Positions 39,078 through 51,552 of a stretch of DNA of 64,000 nucleotides are shown piece by piece. The position numbers and the translations under genes were made by a program. How positions within the stretch are numbered: the stretch's first letter is position 1; every line of letters begins with the position of its first letter. Location: positions 7,874,001-7,938,000 of the forward strand of contig NC_088855.1 of the NCBI RefSeq assembly GCF_963853765.1. The letters run 5' to 3'. The notes under the pieces were generated by a model. The model was not told the DNA's origin. It saw nothing but the letters and a program-made list of their open reading frames with translations, and searched no databases. The DNA is from Magallana gigas. Lineage: Eukaryota.

Positions 39078-40238
39078 TGCTTTCAGACAGCTAGGAGAGA
39101 ATGAGACTAAGTGGATCAAGGAACACGATAGCACAGGAAACAACAAGACAAGATAAGACTGACGTTTTCATTAAGTACATAAATCTGACTTTGGGGACTC
39201 ATACGAATGATTCTGTTCCTTAATTGATGAAATAAATGTGGCTGAGAAGTGCGTGTACCACTATTTCCTAATAAACCATAATTAGCTCCTTACATACCAC
39301 TGTACTTAAACCTTTAGAGTTTTGAGGAAAAAATCCGAAATAAATGAAATTCATCTTTTATGTACAACATTTTCAACAAGCTTCATAGTAACCCTACCGA
39401 GTTCTTTCCTTGATATATCATTCTAAAAGTCCAGCAATTTTCACGAGGTTAAACTCATGTTGAAACCCAGTGGATTGAATTATATATGTAACTGTTATGA
39501 AAACAGTTTAAACAGCACAGCGGATATGCTGTTTTTAATTGGAAACATGAAGACCCAGAGAAAGGAGAAATCTTGCCCCATTATCATAGGACCATAGTCG
39601 GCGCAAGCGCTGTACCTTGCGGAAATACCGAGCGACTGGATACAAGTCCGAGTTGCTGAAGATCTAAAACATTTATACGGAAACGAAATGTTCTTCTCCT
39701 GCATAACTCAGCGTCAGATTAGCAGAAAGCATTCATGTAATGACTCAATGTTCAATTTGATTTGAGCGTCGGGCAACTCTGTACTCTTGAACAACAACCG
39801 ATCTTTCGAGGAGAAAGGAAAGGGAGAATTAATAATTTTGTTATAAATAATCTCTTGGTTTTTACATATTAACTCATACTGAGACCTCAAGCTCCCAGGG
39901 ACTCTAACTTTGAAGAACGTTGACCAATCGAGACGAGACATCACCTTCTATTTTATAGATCTTGAAAAAGAACCACTTTACATCGCACCTTCGTAAGGTT
40001 CGAACCATAACCAAAAGATCTCTTTCTAAGCCTGGAGTCCGTTAAGTAAAAAACCGCGTCACAGATTACGCAAAAAGTTAGTGCTGGGAAAATAACACAA
40101 AAAACCAATCACACACACTGACATTCCAAGTTATTTATTTTAGCATGACTTACTTATAATGTACAATTGACAATTTCACGAACATTTAATTATGTTTTGT
40201 TGCACCATTTGCTGATTGATGATCCACGTATTGGAAAA

Positions 40239-40585
40239 TCAAGCGTGATGTAAGCAGTGACACAAATGGTTATCACATGAGGGGGTACGATTGTGATCGC
40301 ATGTGCAGTCGTTGTCAAAGTTACACTCGTGTCCACTCATTTGATGACAGTAGCACTGTCCCATGTGACAGTGTGGCATAGTATTAGCAGCACATGTGCA
40401 GTCGACTGTAGTTGTGCACGTGTTTTGTGCAGCAATAAGTGTGCATGCTGTAGCAAATAGTAAAATAGGTTCTATTGCAATATGTTTCAAAAATATTAAT
40501 ATTCAATGAAAAATAAATCACAAAAACACAGCTGGTGGAACTTACTTAAAGAAAAAATCAAACATAGACCAAAAAGCTGCTTCAT
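40239..40585 (-). CDS. Secreted 12-Cys His-rich peptide C (I84/Cvsi-like), complement(join(40585..40546,40447..40239)), 82 aa
   Basis: Exon 1 MKQLFGLCLIFSL with phase-1 donor GTAAGT, 98-bp intron, acceptor CTACAG. Remainder TCTLIAAQNTCTTTVDCTCAANTMPHCHMGQCYCHQMSGHECNFDNDCTCDHNRTPSCDNHLCHCLHHA*. Confidence 0.85.
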
Positions 40586-40640
40586 ATTGATGACAACAAG
40601 ACAACTGCAGAGAGAATCCACATGTAAATGTGCCCTTTGA

Positions 40641-40648
40641 TTTATATA
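40641..40648 (-). promoter_or_regulatory. TATA box of peptide gene C
   Basis: TATATAAA on the minus strand, about 55 bp upstream of the ATG. Confidence 0.55.
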
Positions 40649-42277
40649 TAAGCAACTTTAGAGATAACATATATAAACCATTTTGAGGATAAGATCAAGG
40701 ACATAACATTCGCTGTTAATGCTAACTTGTGCAACTATCGTGATATTTAGATTCGGTTGTGTCCTATATTAATTCTGTATTTCTTCATGTTGTTTCTTGC
40801 ATATGGCATATATACACTGTAGAAGGCAATGTCTTTTGAAATACATGTAGATTGCTGTCAAATAAAAATTAAACAATTCTTCACTTTATTGCAGAACAAA
40901 TTCAGAGATAAAAAAAACCCTTTGGAGAGAATATTGCATAAACTAAGTAAACCTATTTTTTAGGCACACTAAACAGCTTGTTTTCCATTGAGAGTTTTTA
41001 AGAAATATAAAACATTGGTCAACAATATAAAAAAAAAATATTTTGCACATTTTGTAGATAATGTTTTGTTCGCCAAAATGTCGGTAGTTCGTTCGGTTTC
41101 TCTTGGCTTATCGCGTTAGACACAGTGTACGTGAAGTCTGTCTTTATCTCAAGGTGACCTCCAGAGATTATCCTTCGAAGAGTTCACTGAACCTGGGACT
41201 TGTCCGCCTTGACCTGTGCAGTAGTCTTGAATGTCGTCATAAGAACTGCATGTGTCAAAGTATTGTATTCCGATGCTTTTTGTATACTGTGAGTAATTTT
41301 GATATGTTTTCTTTGGTGTTTCAGGTGGGTATGAAGGTTGCAATCACAGCAGGACACGGGTTATGTGAATATTTTGCAAGATCACAACCTTCATAGCCCG
41401 TATGAAGCATCAAATAGCATTTTGATGTTTTAAATCACGTTAAATTAAATTTTTCTTTGAACCTCTCCTCAATTATCCATGTATGTGAGTACAATTTATT
41501 GTTGTATCTGTAACCCAAGGGGAAGGGGTATTCCTAATTTATATCGGATTTTTTGCTAAAAAAATTATGGAAAGTGTGGAATCAACATTGATAATGTAAT
41601 ATGAATTTTTAGGCATTTTTATGTGAAGGGCATACAATGAGGTTTAAGTTTGTGTCTTTATAAATACATACAATGAAGCGCATTGAAGTGGTAAAAATTT
41701 TCGTTCGAATGGAATGTTCTAAACTTTGTATCGAACGTCAATTGTTACATAAGACACGCCCATTTCTTTTGAAACGAGGAAAACAGTATTCGTCACAATG
41801 CTTTCGGAACCGCCACTCTTCTAAACAGCACAAGCAGGAATTTCACACACGTGCATTATACACAAAAACACACATAAACACACTTTTTTCTTTTGAAATA
41901 TATGTTCAGAAACAGTGATATTGTTCAAAATAAAGAGTGAAGAATATTTTTAGTAACAAATTTATTATTGTGACGAATACTATTTTCCTCGTTTCAAAAG
42001 AAATGGGCGTGACTTATGTAGCAATTGACATTCGATACTTTAGAACATTCCATTCAAACGTAAAATTTTACCACTTCAATGCGCTTCATTGTAGAAAAAT
42101 ACAGCTGCAAAATACGATGGCTGTTTCTGGTACGTAAATTTGTATTAAAAAGCATGAACCTATTTTAATGTGTGGGGTATCAATATAATGTTAATTATGT
42201 GAACCTGAAATAGTTATTATACAATAAAAATATAATCTTGTCGATATACATTGTTGCTCAGGTAAGCGCATCTTCCC

Positions 42278-42347
42278 AAGTCAAGGGTTTCTGATCCGCT
42301 CCGCTCTACATAAACATAGAGCGGAGCGGATCAAAAACTCTTGACTT
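42278..42347. repeat. 70-bp palindrome
   Basis: AAGTCAAGGGTTTCTGATCCGCTCCGCTCTA ... TAGAGCGGAGCGGATCAAAAACTCTTGACTT. Confidence 0.8.
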
Positions 42348-42723
42348 AGCAATACGGGGTAAGAGATGTGCTTGAAAATAGTATAAAGGTTTTGATAGTC
42401 TTTTATTTGTGATTGTCATTTATCTCACCATAGAGTCATGAGATTTAAATCAATACCTTATAGAAACACATCTGTGAGACAGATGAATCCCCTGTATCGG
42501 ACACAAATTCTTTGTACGATTACTGGAAAACAAACAATTGCATGTAATTAATTGTTTTTTCTTGAGAGAACGTATCATTACACAACAGTTAGATACTCAT
42601 CGAGAATGAACAAACGTTGTAGCTAAGACACGGAATATACTGATAATGTATTTATAGCCAAACGTCTGTCTAGAAAATAAATGTATATATTTAGGGAGAA
42701 AAAGACCACCAAAATTATATAAT

Positions 42724-44346
42724 ATAATGTAAAGATGTTGTGAGTTATATCATATAGTATACTGTAAAGGTGTTGTGAGTTATCTCATATAGTATACTGT
42801 AAAGGTGTTGTGAGTTATATAGTATACTGTAAAGGTGTCGTGAGTTATATAGTATACTGTAAAAGTGTCGTGAGTTATATAGTATACTGTAAAGGTGTTG
42901 TGAGTTATATTGTATACTGTAAAGGTGTCGTGAGTTATATCATATAGTATACTGTAAAGGTGTCGTGAGTTATATAGTATACTGTGAAGGTGTTGTGAGT
43001 TATATCCTATAGTATACTGTAAAGGTGTTGTGAGTTATATAGTATACTGTAAAGGTGTTGTGAGTTATATAGTATACTGTAAAAGTGTCGTGAGTTATAT
43101 AGTATACTGTAAAGATGTTGTGAGTTATATTATATTGTATACTGTAAAGGTGTCGTGAGTTATATCATATAGTATACTGTAAAGGTGTTGTGAGTTATAT
43201 CACATAGTATACTGTGAAGGTGTTGTGAGTTATATCATATAGTATACTGTAAAGGTGTCGTGAGTTATATTATATAGTATACTGTAAAGGTGTTGTGAGT
43301 TATATCCTATAGTATACTGTAAAGGTGTTGTGAGTTATATCCTATAGTATACTGTAAAGGTGTTGTGAGTTATATAGTATACTGTAAAAGTGTCGTGAGT
43401 TATATAGTATACTGTAAAGGTGTTGTGAGTTATATTGTATACTGTAAAGGTGTCGTGAGTTATATTATATTGTATACTGTAAAGGTGTTGTGAGTTATCT
43501 CATATAGTATACTGTAAAGGTGTTGTGAGTTATATAGTATACTGTAAAGGTGTTGTGAGTTATATAGTATACTGTAAAAGTGTCGTGAGTTATATAGTAT
43601 ACTGTAAAGGTGTTGTGAGTTATATTGTATACTGTAAAGGTGTCGTGAGTTATATCATATAGTATACTGTAAAGGTGTCGTGAGTTATATAGTATACTGT
43701 GAAGGTGTTGTGAGTTATATCCTATAGTATACTGTAAAGGTGTTGTGAGTTATATAGTATACTGTAAAGGTGTTGTGAGTTATATAGTATACTGTAAAAG
43801 TGTCGTGAGTTATATAGTATACTGTAAAGATGTTGTGAGTTATATTATATTGTATACTGTAAAGGTGTCGTGAGTTATATCATATAGTATACTGTAAAGG
43901 TGTTGTGAGTTATATCACATAGTATACTGTGAAGGTGTTGTGAGTTATATCATATAGTATACTGTAAAGGTGTCGTGAGTTATATTATATAGTATACTGT
44001 AAAGGTGTTGTGAGTTATATCCTATAGTATACTGTAAAGGTGTTGTGAGTTATATCCTATAGTATACTGTAAAGGTGTTGTGAGTTATATAGTATACTGT
44101 AAAAGTGTCGTGAGTTATATAGTATACTGTAAAGGTGTTGTGAGTTATATTGTATACTGTAAAGGTGTCGTGAGTTATATTATATTGTATACTGTAAAGG
44201 TGTTGTGAGTTATATTATATAGTATACTGTACAGGTGTCGTGAGTTATATAGTATACTGTAAAGGTGTTGTGAGTTATATCATATAGTATACTGTAAAGA
44301 TGTTGTGAGTTATATTATATAGTTTACTCTAAAGGTGTTGTGAGTT
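42724..44346. repeat. About 1.6-kb minisatellite of 30/35-bp units (AGTATACTGTAAAGGTGTTGTGAGTTATAT with or without a 5-nt insert), roughly 50 copies
   Basis: 30-bp period is directly visible (e.g. 43021-43080). Longer units carry CATAT, CCTAT, TATAT or CACAT inserts. Confidence 0.95.
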
Positions 44347-45071
44347 TTACTTCACCACATCTCAATTTTTATGGTCTGAACTTATACTGCGTTTAAATCT
44401 CTGTTTTTCAATCATTTGTGAACATGAATGATAACATAACAATAAGAAATTATGATGGTGACGAAATATATCCTGCCATACAGTCATGTATATAAAAAGT
44501 GTGTATTCTTTTATTTATTTGATGGTTTAAAAATTAAAGAAGTATAAAAAAAATGGCGTGGTTAATTACTGCACTTGTTTGCATATCATGATGGGGTTCG
44601 ATAGGGTAGACATTTATTCCCTTCTTAGTTTTTTAAATGTAAACACTTAATTAATTTGGAGGGCGTTATGTCAGGCAAATGTGTTTGTAAAGTATTACAT
44701 GTGAAGTTGTTTTATTCAGATCTCTGTTGATGATATAGCTTTATAACCAAAAGTACATGTACTGATACTGATGGCCAACAAAACGCATTGAAGGATTTTG
44801 TGTATACTTGTTAGGAACTGAATGTTAATGATGACAATACAAAGACTATTTAGTATTTTCTAGAGGGTTAATATCTATGCATTTATTTAAAAACAAATTG
44901 GGCATCTGATCGCAGCACTTTGCTCAAGGATATCGTTGGACGATATGTCGTCAAAACAAAGCCAATATACCGACTGAGAGTCATATTGGCCAAGAATTAA
45001 TTAAGGCTTGTCAATATATCGATACAAAAAGAAAAAAAGACAAATTGCCTTGTAATGTAACATTTATAGGA

Positions 45072-45797
45072 TTACGCCGGGTTACAATGGCAATGATGGT
45101 GGTCACAAGATGGCGTCTCATTGTCAGCACACGTGCATTCGTTGGCATGGTTGCATTCGTGGACATGGTGACAGTGACATGAGCCGCCATGACAGACGGC
45201 GCTCTGGCCTTCATGGCAATTCATTGCTGCGCAGTCTGTGTCTGATGTGCAGGACTGGCTGAGGGCAACTCCTATGAATTAAGATGGCCACGTCGAAAAC
45301 TTAAATCTTATAAAACTTAAATTAAGGGGGCTGAATGGTCGAAAGCATATTTTTGGCTACTTAAATCTCCTTAGAGGAAGAGCTTTGTATGTTAAACGAT
45401 GTTATAGGAAAACATTCACATTTTGAAGACTTAATATTTAGATTTTTCTTCAATAAACAATAATTTAGACTTAAAATATCTTAAACTAGATCTGATGGAT
45501 AATTTTGTCAACCATCCAGCCTCCTTAAATTTGACATTCCAATTCATGAAGCTGTAGAATAGAAGCTTTCCAGGAATAGGTTTGGTATCGAGCTCGTCTT
45601 CCATTCTTTGTCTGGAGAGCAACGGTTCTACAGCTTTATAACAATGTAAATACTTGTACAAAATATAAAATACATGCATACATACTGTATTTACCTAAAC
45701 ATTAAAAAAATATAATCATAACCAATTAAAATATATCGAATTTGTTAAATTACGTACCCAGCATACAAATTATACTTAAAACGACAAAGGTTCTCAT
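45072..45797 (-). CDS. Secreted 12-Cys His-rich peptide D (I84/Cvsi-like), complement(join(45797..45758,45271..45072)), 79 aa
   Basis: Not captured in this frame by the ORF track. Exon 1 MRTFVVLSIICML with phase-1 donor GTACGT, acceptor TTCATAG. Remainder GVALSQSCTSDTDCAAMNCHEGQSAVCHGGSCHCHHVHECNHANECTCADNETPSCDHHHCHCNPA*. Confidence 0.85.
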
Positions 45798-45846
45798 GAT
45801 TGCGGTAAGTAATAATACATGTACTTATCTATTTAAGATTCCAACT

Positions 45847-45854
45847 CTTATATA
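45847..45854 (-). promoter_or_regulatory. TATA box of peptide gene D
   Basis: TATATAAG on the minus strand, about 50 bp upstream of the ATG. Confidence 0.5.
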
Positions 45855-46722
45855 TCAGGCAATGTACTCGTGATCAAAGCATTGATAAGGCGGTTAATTT
45901 CCCCGACCACGTTTCGTAATAATGATCCGTTGTTTCACCTTTTAACTAGGTTACCTCAAATCTATTATATTTACATTTTCAGTGTCTTTGTCTACGATAA
46001 AAGTACAAATCGATGTTGTAATTGAAGGTTTAATACATTTCACCAATGACTATTTTCATATTTAATCGTATAATTACTGAAAATTATTTAAATAGAAGAA
46101 ACAAGGAATCGTTCTTTGAATATAATAAGGTGATCAAATAAGATCGGACTTGATCAAATCTATCAAAAAGCCCTTCAGGCTTTATTAGTTTTGATCACTT
46201 CCGATCACCCCATAATTACACTCTAAGAATTATTATCCATTAATATTCCTTACTTAATGCATCAGTTCACTAGTCTAGAGTCGAAATTTGCCAAATATTT
46301 CTTTCATCAGTTCAAGTTTCAAGTTCATTTATTCTCTCCAACCACACAAAGATTGCACATGAGGTACAAAACGTAATAACGTGACGTCAGAGGAGGGCAT
46401 GTATACAAAATAAAAGGGGGGGGGGAATGATGACATATACAAACATAAAACAGAAAGATTTATGGAGGTGTGACGGTGTCATTGCTTTTTGAAATAAAAA
46501 TACAGTTTTTGGGAGTTGATTTTAATGGACCTAAGCACAAATCATCACCGCTGACAAGACTTAGTTCTTGAAAATAATAGAAAAATCCGATGTAATGTAT
46601 GCTGAAGCATTGTTTTTTAAGGAAACTTTTTATAAACACTTTGAAAATAGTCAGATTTTATATAATACGAACAATTTAGATATTTTGTAGTCTTCTGTGT
46701 TCCTACGCCAGAGTTTAATAAA

Positions 46723-46912
46723 CAACCAGACGCTCGGCTGTCTCCGTAAATCTCCGACAAGCAGAGAGGCTCTCTTGCCAATCGCAACTTCTCGGGCGTT
46801 TCTGGCAAGCTCGGAGACAATGTGTTTTTTCGAGCTTGCCGGAAGGTCCGAGAAGCTGCGATTGGCTCTCTTGCTTGTCGGAGATTAACGGAGACAGCTG
46901 AGCGTCTGGTTG
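46723..46912. repeat. 190-bp GC-rich palindrome
   Basis: CAACCAGACGCTCGGCTGTCTCCGTAAATCTCCGACAAGC ... GCTTGTCGGAGATTAACGGAGACAGCTGAGCGTCTGGTTG. Confidence 0.85.
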
Positions 46913-47541
46913 AACGAGACTAGAGTTCGATATCAATAGTGCCTGGATCCATACGATTCTTAGAATTGTTTCAATTACTAATACATAGATTGAAATCTAT
47001 CTTTAAATATTACACAACATGATTCATATGGGGTTTCTTGAAATTCTTGTCGGTAAAGTCTGAAAATTCATAATAAAAAAAGCGTAATTCAAATAAAGAC
47101 TAGAAACTAATTGCCATGCAAGATAAGTTGATTTTAAAATAAATGATAATCGATAAAATCAACTCCCGTCAGTACTTCAGTACTTTGATTTAAAAGTGTT
47201 TCTACATTTCTTGAGGTCATAATTTCGTGAAATTAAAAAAAAATTGGTCTGGTACAGTATTTACTATAATGGAACTCTTTCCTAATATTCATCTATATGA
47301 TATATATTCTAATAAATAATGACATTCATCTATAATTCTATGTTCATTACAAAGTTTAACCTTCCATTTTGAGGAATATTTAAACATCTGTCTCTATCGG
47401 GGGGCGATGATTAGTTGTACGAAATTTTGAAAATACATCACTAAAATGTTTTGGTATTTTTTCTATATATGTTTCTAGACCCAACTTTGTCTAAAAAAAT
47501 CCATATGCGTATTGATATAATATATTCACAATTTCGTCTCC

Positions 47542-50500
47542 GTGACAACTTTGGACGATCAGATATCTCTAGCCCCAAGTGATAGAGAACCACGGGAATT
47601 ACTATTAGATGACGAAGTGTTTTTTTCTGATGATCTTGAAAGAAATATACTGTTAGAGTCTGATCAGAATCAGATGAGAGTAGACTTTAATAATAATAAT
47701 AATAATAGAACTAGTTTAACAAGACCTTGGACTTTCGGTAGGACGTAATTATCTATTTCTTGCGTCATAAAAAGTGATAAATGACGCTGGTTTCAAGCGA
47801 AATATACACCGATTGCCAGACAGACAGATCTTGTTGATTTCAGAAAGACATATCTGAGTGGCCAGCAATGAAATAAACAGATCTACGTCACATTGCTGTT
47901 TGACGCAACTACCCAAAGTCCAAGCTCGTGTTAAAATGGTTCTAATAATCGTTTTCAGAATTTGCTGAATAAGAACAGATTCTAATCAAACAAAAACTTC
48001 TCTGAATGACATTTTTGGAAATGTTTCTTCTACAGAGGAAGAAAAAGTTAAGACACGGCACAAAAAAGAAATCTTGATGAAGTCATGAAGATCATCTGAT
48101 CCAGGGAAGTTAACAGCTTACAGAGATGAATACATACAGTGTTTTCCTATACACAAAATTCTTCAGATTTTCTTAAAGAACCAAGCTCGGATGATTTTTT
48201 AGAATCAGTGCCTCGGAAAAAGCATGGAAGCAAGGCTTAGACTAATAAAGGTTGGGGTAAAAATAGAAATTAAGTTACACAACCTTTGAAGAGCATTGAA
48301 ACTTAAGCTTATTAAGGACAGATACCCGTATGGGTATAATTGCCATAAGATGTATGCAACAAGCTCTTGGAACTTTGTTAAACTCTATTTCTAGTCAAGA
48401 AGTTGATACAGTACAGTCAATCAAAGATGCATGCATTGTATTTTCTCCATGTCCACAAAAGCTATAGATCAGATGGGCAGAACTGGAGCTCTTCATCATC
48501 TGATAAGAAGGATGCAGCGGCTCAAGACACTGGTTTGATCACATTTAAAGACATCCATATTAAAATTGAAAGTCTGCTGCTGACTAATGATGGTGTTTTT
48601 GGTAAGAAATTAGAAGAAAAGCTCAAAGAACGCAAAGAACAGAAAGACTCTTTGAAAGATTTAATTCCAGAATGGAATGAAAGAAATCAAAAAAGAAAAT
48701 TTCCAGAAACTACACGTGACTACTCAGGAACCTTCAAAAGAGAAAAAACATTTGTGTCCATAATAGAGGACAAACATTTCAAAGATCAAATTTCATTCGA
48801 CGATCTTATGATTACAAACAAAGAGATGGCAATTCTAGAGCCACTTCAGCGGCCACATCTGTTGACAGAATGAATTCCTTTCGAATCCCAAAGAAGACAA
48901 GTAAAAGACTGGAATCTAGAACAGGTAAATATATCAGCAATGTTTCCCGAGAGACCCGTTGGAGGTCGTCTGAAATTTTCTGGGAAAATTGGAATCAAAT
49001 TACTCAGGAAGAATAGATACGCTTGAATCTTCTGTTTCACTAGGTTACATAGTCAACAAAAAGAAATCTTGTCTAAAACCTGTCAATCAATTGTTTATCT
49101 AGGAGTTTTGTTTCTGTTCAAACAAAAAATAGTACTTCCATCTCAAGACAGAATGGTACACACAACCAAAACGTTAATGAATGGTCAGAAAACAGCCAGA
49201 GATATTCTTCAGTGGTTAGGAATAGTTTCCTCATTTATAGATCTAATTCCCGATGCACGTCTATATATGAGACCAATACAATTCTATCTTTTAACTTTTT
49301 GGAAACAAGTTCATTAGATTTGGAGAAGGTAAATTCTTTACTCAACATCTCAAACTGCACCTACAGTGGTGGTTAAATACAGCAAACATTTCCAGTGGCA
49401 AATCTCTGCAATTGGAAGAGGTAGGAATGACCATAACAACAGATGCATATCTAACAGGGTATTGGGATCACCTCAACAATCAAATAGTTCAAGGACTATA
49501 TATGTGACAGTTGTCGCCAGAATTGGCAAATCAACTGTCTAGAGATGGAAGCAGTATTTTTGACTTGGAAACGTTTTCAAAGACAAATTCAAAACAAAAC
49601 AATGTTAATCAGATGCAACAACACAACAGTAGTCCAGTATAAAAACCAAAACGAGGGGGAACGAAGTTTCATTGTCTTTGTTATCAAATTTAGGGCTTTG
49701 GAATTGGGCAATAAATCAGAATATCATATTGAAGGCTGCATATATCTGGGAAGTTGAATGTTTTAGCAGATCACTTGAGCAGGGTCAACATCAGACAAAC
49801 GGAGTGGATGTTGAACAAAGAAATAGTTCAGAAAATGTTTCAAATTTGGGGGCAACCATTGATAGACATGTTTGCATCAGTTCACAATCGTCAAACTCAA
49901 ATATTGTGTACATGGTACCTATGCACTAGATGCTTTGACAATTCCTTGGAAAAGGGACGTTTCTCTATGCATATCCCCTATTTTGGTGGATCCCCAAAGT
50001 TCTTCATCATATCAGACAGTACACTTATTGGGTAATTCTGATAGGAAAGTGCAAGGAAAATCAATCCCTATTCAGATCAATGTTGTCATCAGTTTTACTG
50101 TCAGTGGGGAAATTTTCAGTAGATTAACATCCATATATCATTAGACTTTTGAAAGGGGTGTTTAACTCTAGACCACCTAAAGTTAAGCGAGTTCCTAAGT
50201 GGGACTTTCCTAAAGTTCTACAAATGTTACAAAGTGCACCTATTGCTAATGCATCTTTGAAACATATGACTTTCAAAACAATTTTTTTAATAGCAATTAC
50301 TACTTTCCGAAGATGCAGTGATCTACAAGCTCTCAAACTTCGAAGGATGGGTTAATAATCAGAAAAAGGGAGTAACTTTCATTGGACAAGGTTTGGCAAA
50401 ACAAGATCGACCTAATCATTATGGAACAAAGATATTTGTGCTGCTTTTCCAGAAAATAAAATGTTGGATCCCAAGAGATGCCTTTATTTCTATTTGAAAA

Positions 50501-50592
50501 AAAAATTGAGGATTTTAGGAAAAAAATTGAAAGACGGCAACAGTTTATTTTTGAGTTTACTTACACCACATCAACCAGTATCTTCACAGACT
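47542..50592 (+). mobile_element. Decayed DIRS-type (tyrosine-recombinase) retroelement: gag-like ORF1, RT/RNase H and YR fragments with frameshifts, stops and deletions
   Basis: RNase H-region text NVLADHLSR...EWML...WGQPLIDMFAS matches the DIRS1 pattern as recalled. YR-region text KGVFNSRPP...PKWD...LK..T.KT.FLIAITT.RR.SDLQAL and LFLS...PHQPVSSQT. RT thumb-like LQWLGIVSS...ARLYMRPIQ. Fragments are colinear on one strand and truncated within the YR. Confidence 0.85.
47707..47943. mobile_element. 237-bp MITE inserted in the DIRS ORF1 region
   Basis: Imperfect TIRs AGAACTAGTTTAACAAGACCTTGGACTTTCGGTAG / CTACCCAAAGTCCAAGCTCGTGTTAAAATGGTTCT, flanked by AATAAT on both sides within an (AAT)n tract. 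Related sequence occurs at about 62363-62595. Confidence 0.75.
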
Positions 50593-50697
50593 ATGAAGAA
50601 TTATTTCTTCGTGATATTATTACTTATTGAATGAAACAATAAGCATATGAATGTTATTCTTTTCCATAACATAAACTTTTTACAAGCATATATTATT

Positions 50698-50724
50698 ACT
50701 TATTAGGTTAGTTACTGACTCACT

Positions 50725-50761
<37 letters not shown>

Positions 50762-51390
50762 GAGGCGAAGCCGAGCCGTCTATGAGATTGAACAACCCAA
50801 TATATTTCCGTAGTGAGTCAGTAACAAACCTAATAAGTGTTTTGTTTTCCCGAGGACTATCAAGCGACACATTTATTCACAAATAGCGAAGATCAACACT
50901 AAGCCATGTACAAGATGCCTAACATCTCGTCCAATTTATAAATTAACTCATTTAAACTCTTCAAAATTTTCAATCTCACCTTTCACATACTCTTTAAAAA
51001 TCTTTGCTTCACCCATGTTTACTTACAATGTGTTTTTGCTATTCAATTTTAAATGTTTTCTCCCTTTCCTCTGCAGAAATTTGAGCAAATATCGACGCTG
51101 CCATTTTGTTCTGCTCCAGACAAAACAATGTGACGTCAATATTCCAAGGGCAACTACTCTAATTTTAAAGAATTTCAAAGGGCAACTACTCCAAATACTA
51201 TAAGAACTTACGGCATGCGGTTTATGTATTAAATACTATGAAATGTCGAAATGAGTAAGCGAAGCGTCGACCAATGACGGCCATATTGCCTAATATTATT
51301 TCTCACCGAACAAATATAGAGATATATGAGGCAATCACGTGCCCTGTTTAAACCAATGAAAATGTGACATTTCAGTCCAAGGGAAAATAT
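50698..51390. mobile_element. Hairpin-plus-tail element directly after the DIRS truncation
   Basis: Palindrome 50698-50838 with a GGCGAAGCC centre. The tail ends AAACCAATGAAAATGTGACATTTCAGT, the same layout as the 15055 element. Confidence 0.65.
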
Positions 51391-51409
51391 AGTGTATACT
51401 ATGGCATTG

Positions 51410-51552
51410 AATCATGATTTTTTGAAGTATACACTCTCATAACTGCAGCGGTGTGTGCGTACAAATTGAGTAACGCGCGTTAGCGCGTTATGACAATTTG
51501 TATGAAAACACCGCTGCAGTTATGAGAGTGTATACTTCAAAAAATCATGATT
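51410..51552. repeat. 143-bp palindrome with an AACGCGCGTTAGCGCGTT centre
   Basis: AATCATGATTTTTTGAAGTATACACTCTCATAACTGCAGCGGTG and its reverse complement. Confidence 0.85.

Noticed and set aside
39495-39944. Two ORFs and a short OTU-like snippet (LTLSYAGEEHFVSV) between peptide genes B and C
   Set aside because: The snippet is bounded by stops within about 20 codons and no other OTU motifs are nearby.
41103-41396. ORFs upstream of gene C, one faintly lectin-like (YCTGQGG)
   Set aside because: No conserved C-type lectin or I84 cysteine pattern, and no convincing splice sites.
42724-44346. CRISPR-like appearance of the 30/35-bp array
   Set aside because: The units abut with no unique spacers, there are no cas genes, and the context is eukaryotic.
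42724-44346. Each satellite unit contains GTGAGT, a donor consensus like the YPEL arrays
   Set aside because: It is on the plus strand, and no plus-strand exon was found next to it. The flanking genes are on the minus strand.
36177-46500. Metal-response elements (TGCRCNC) upstream of the His-rich peptide genes
   Set aside because: None was seen by eye near the four ATGs, so metal inducibility has no promoter support here. A proper motif scan is still needed.
46617-46936. Three overlapping ORFs on both strands
   Set aside because: Explained by the GC-rich 190-bp palindrome, which is poor in stop codons.
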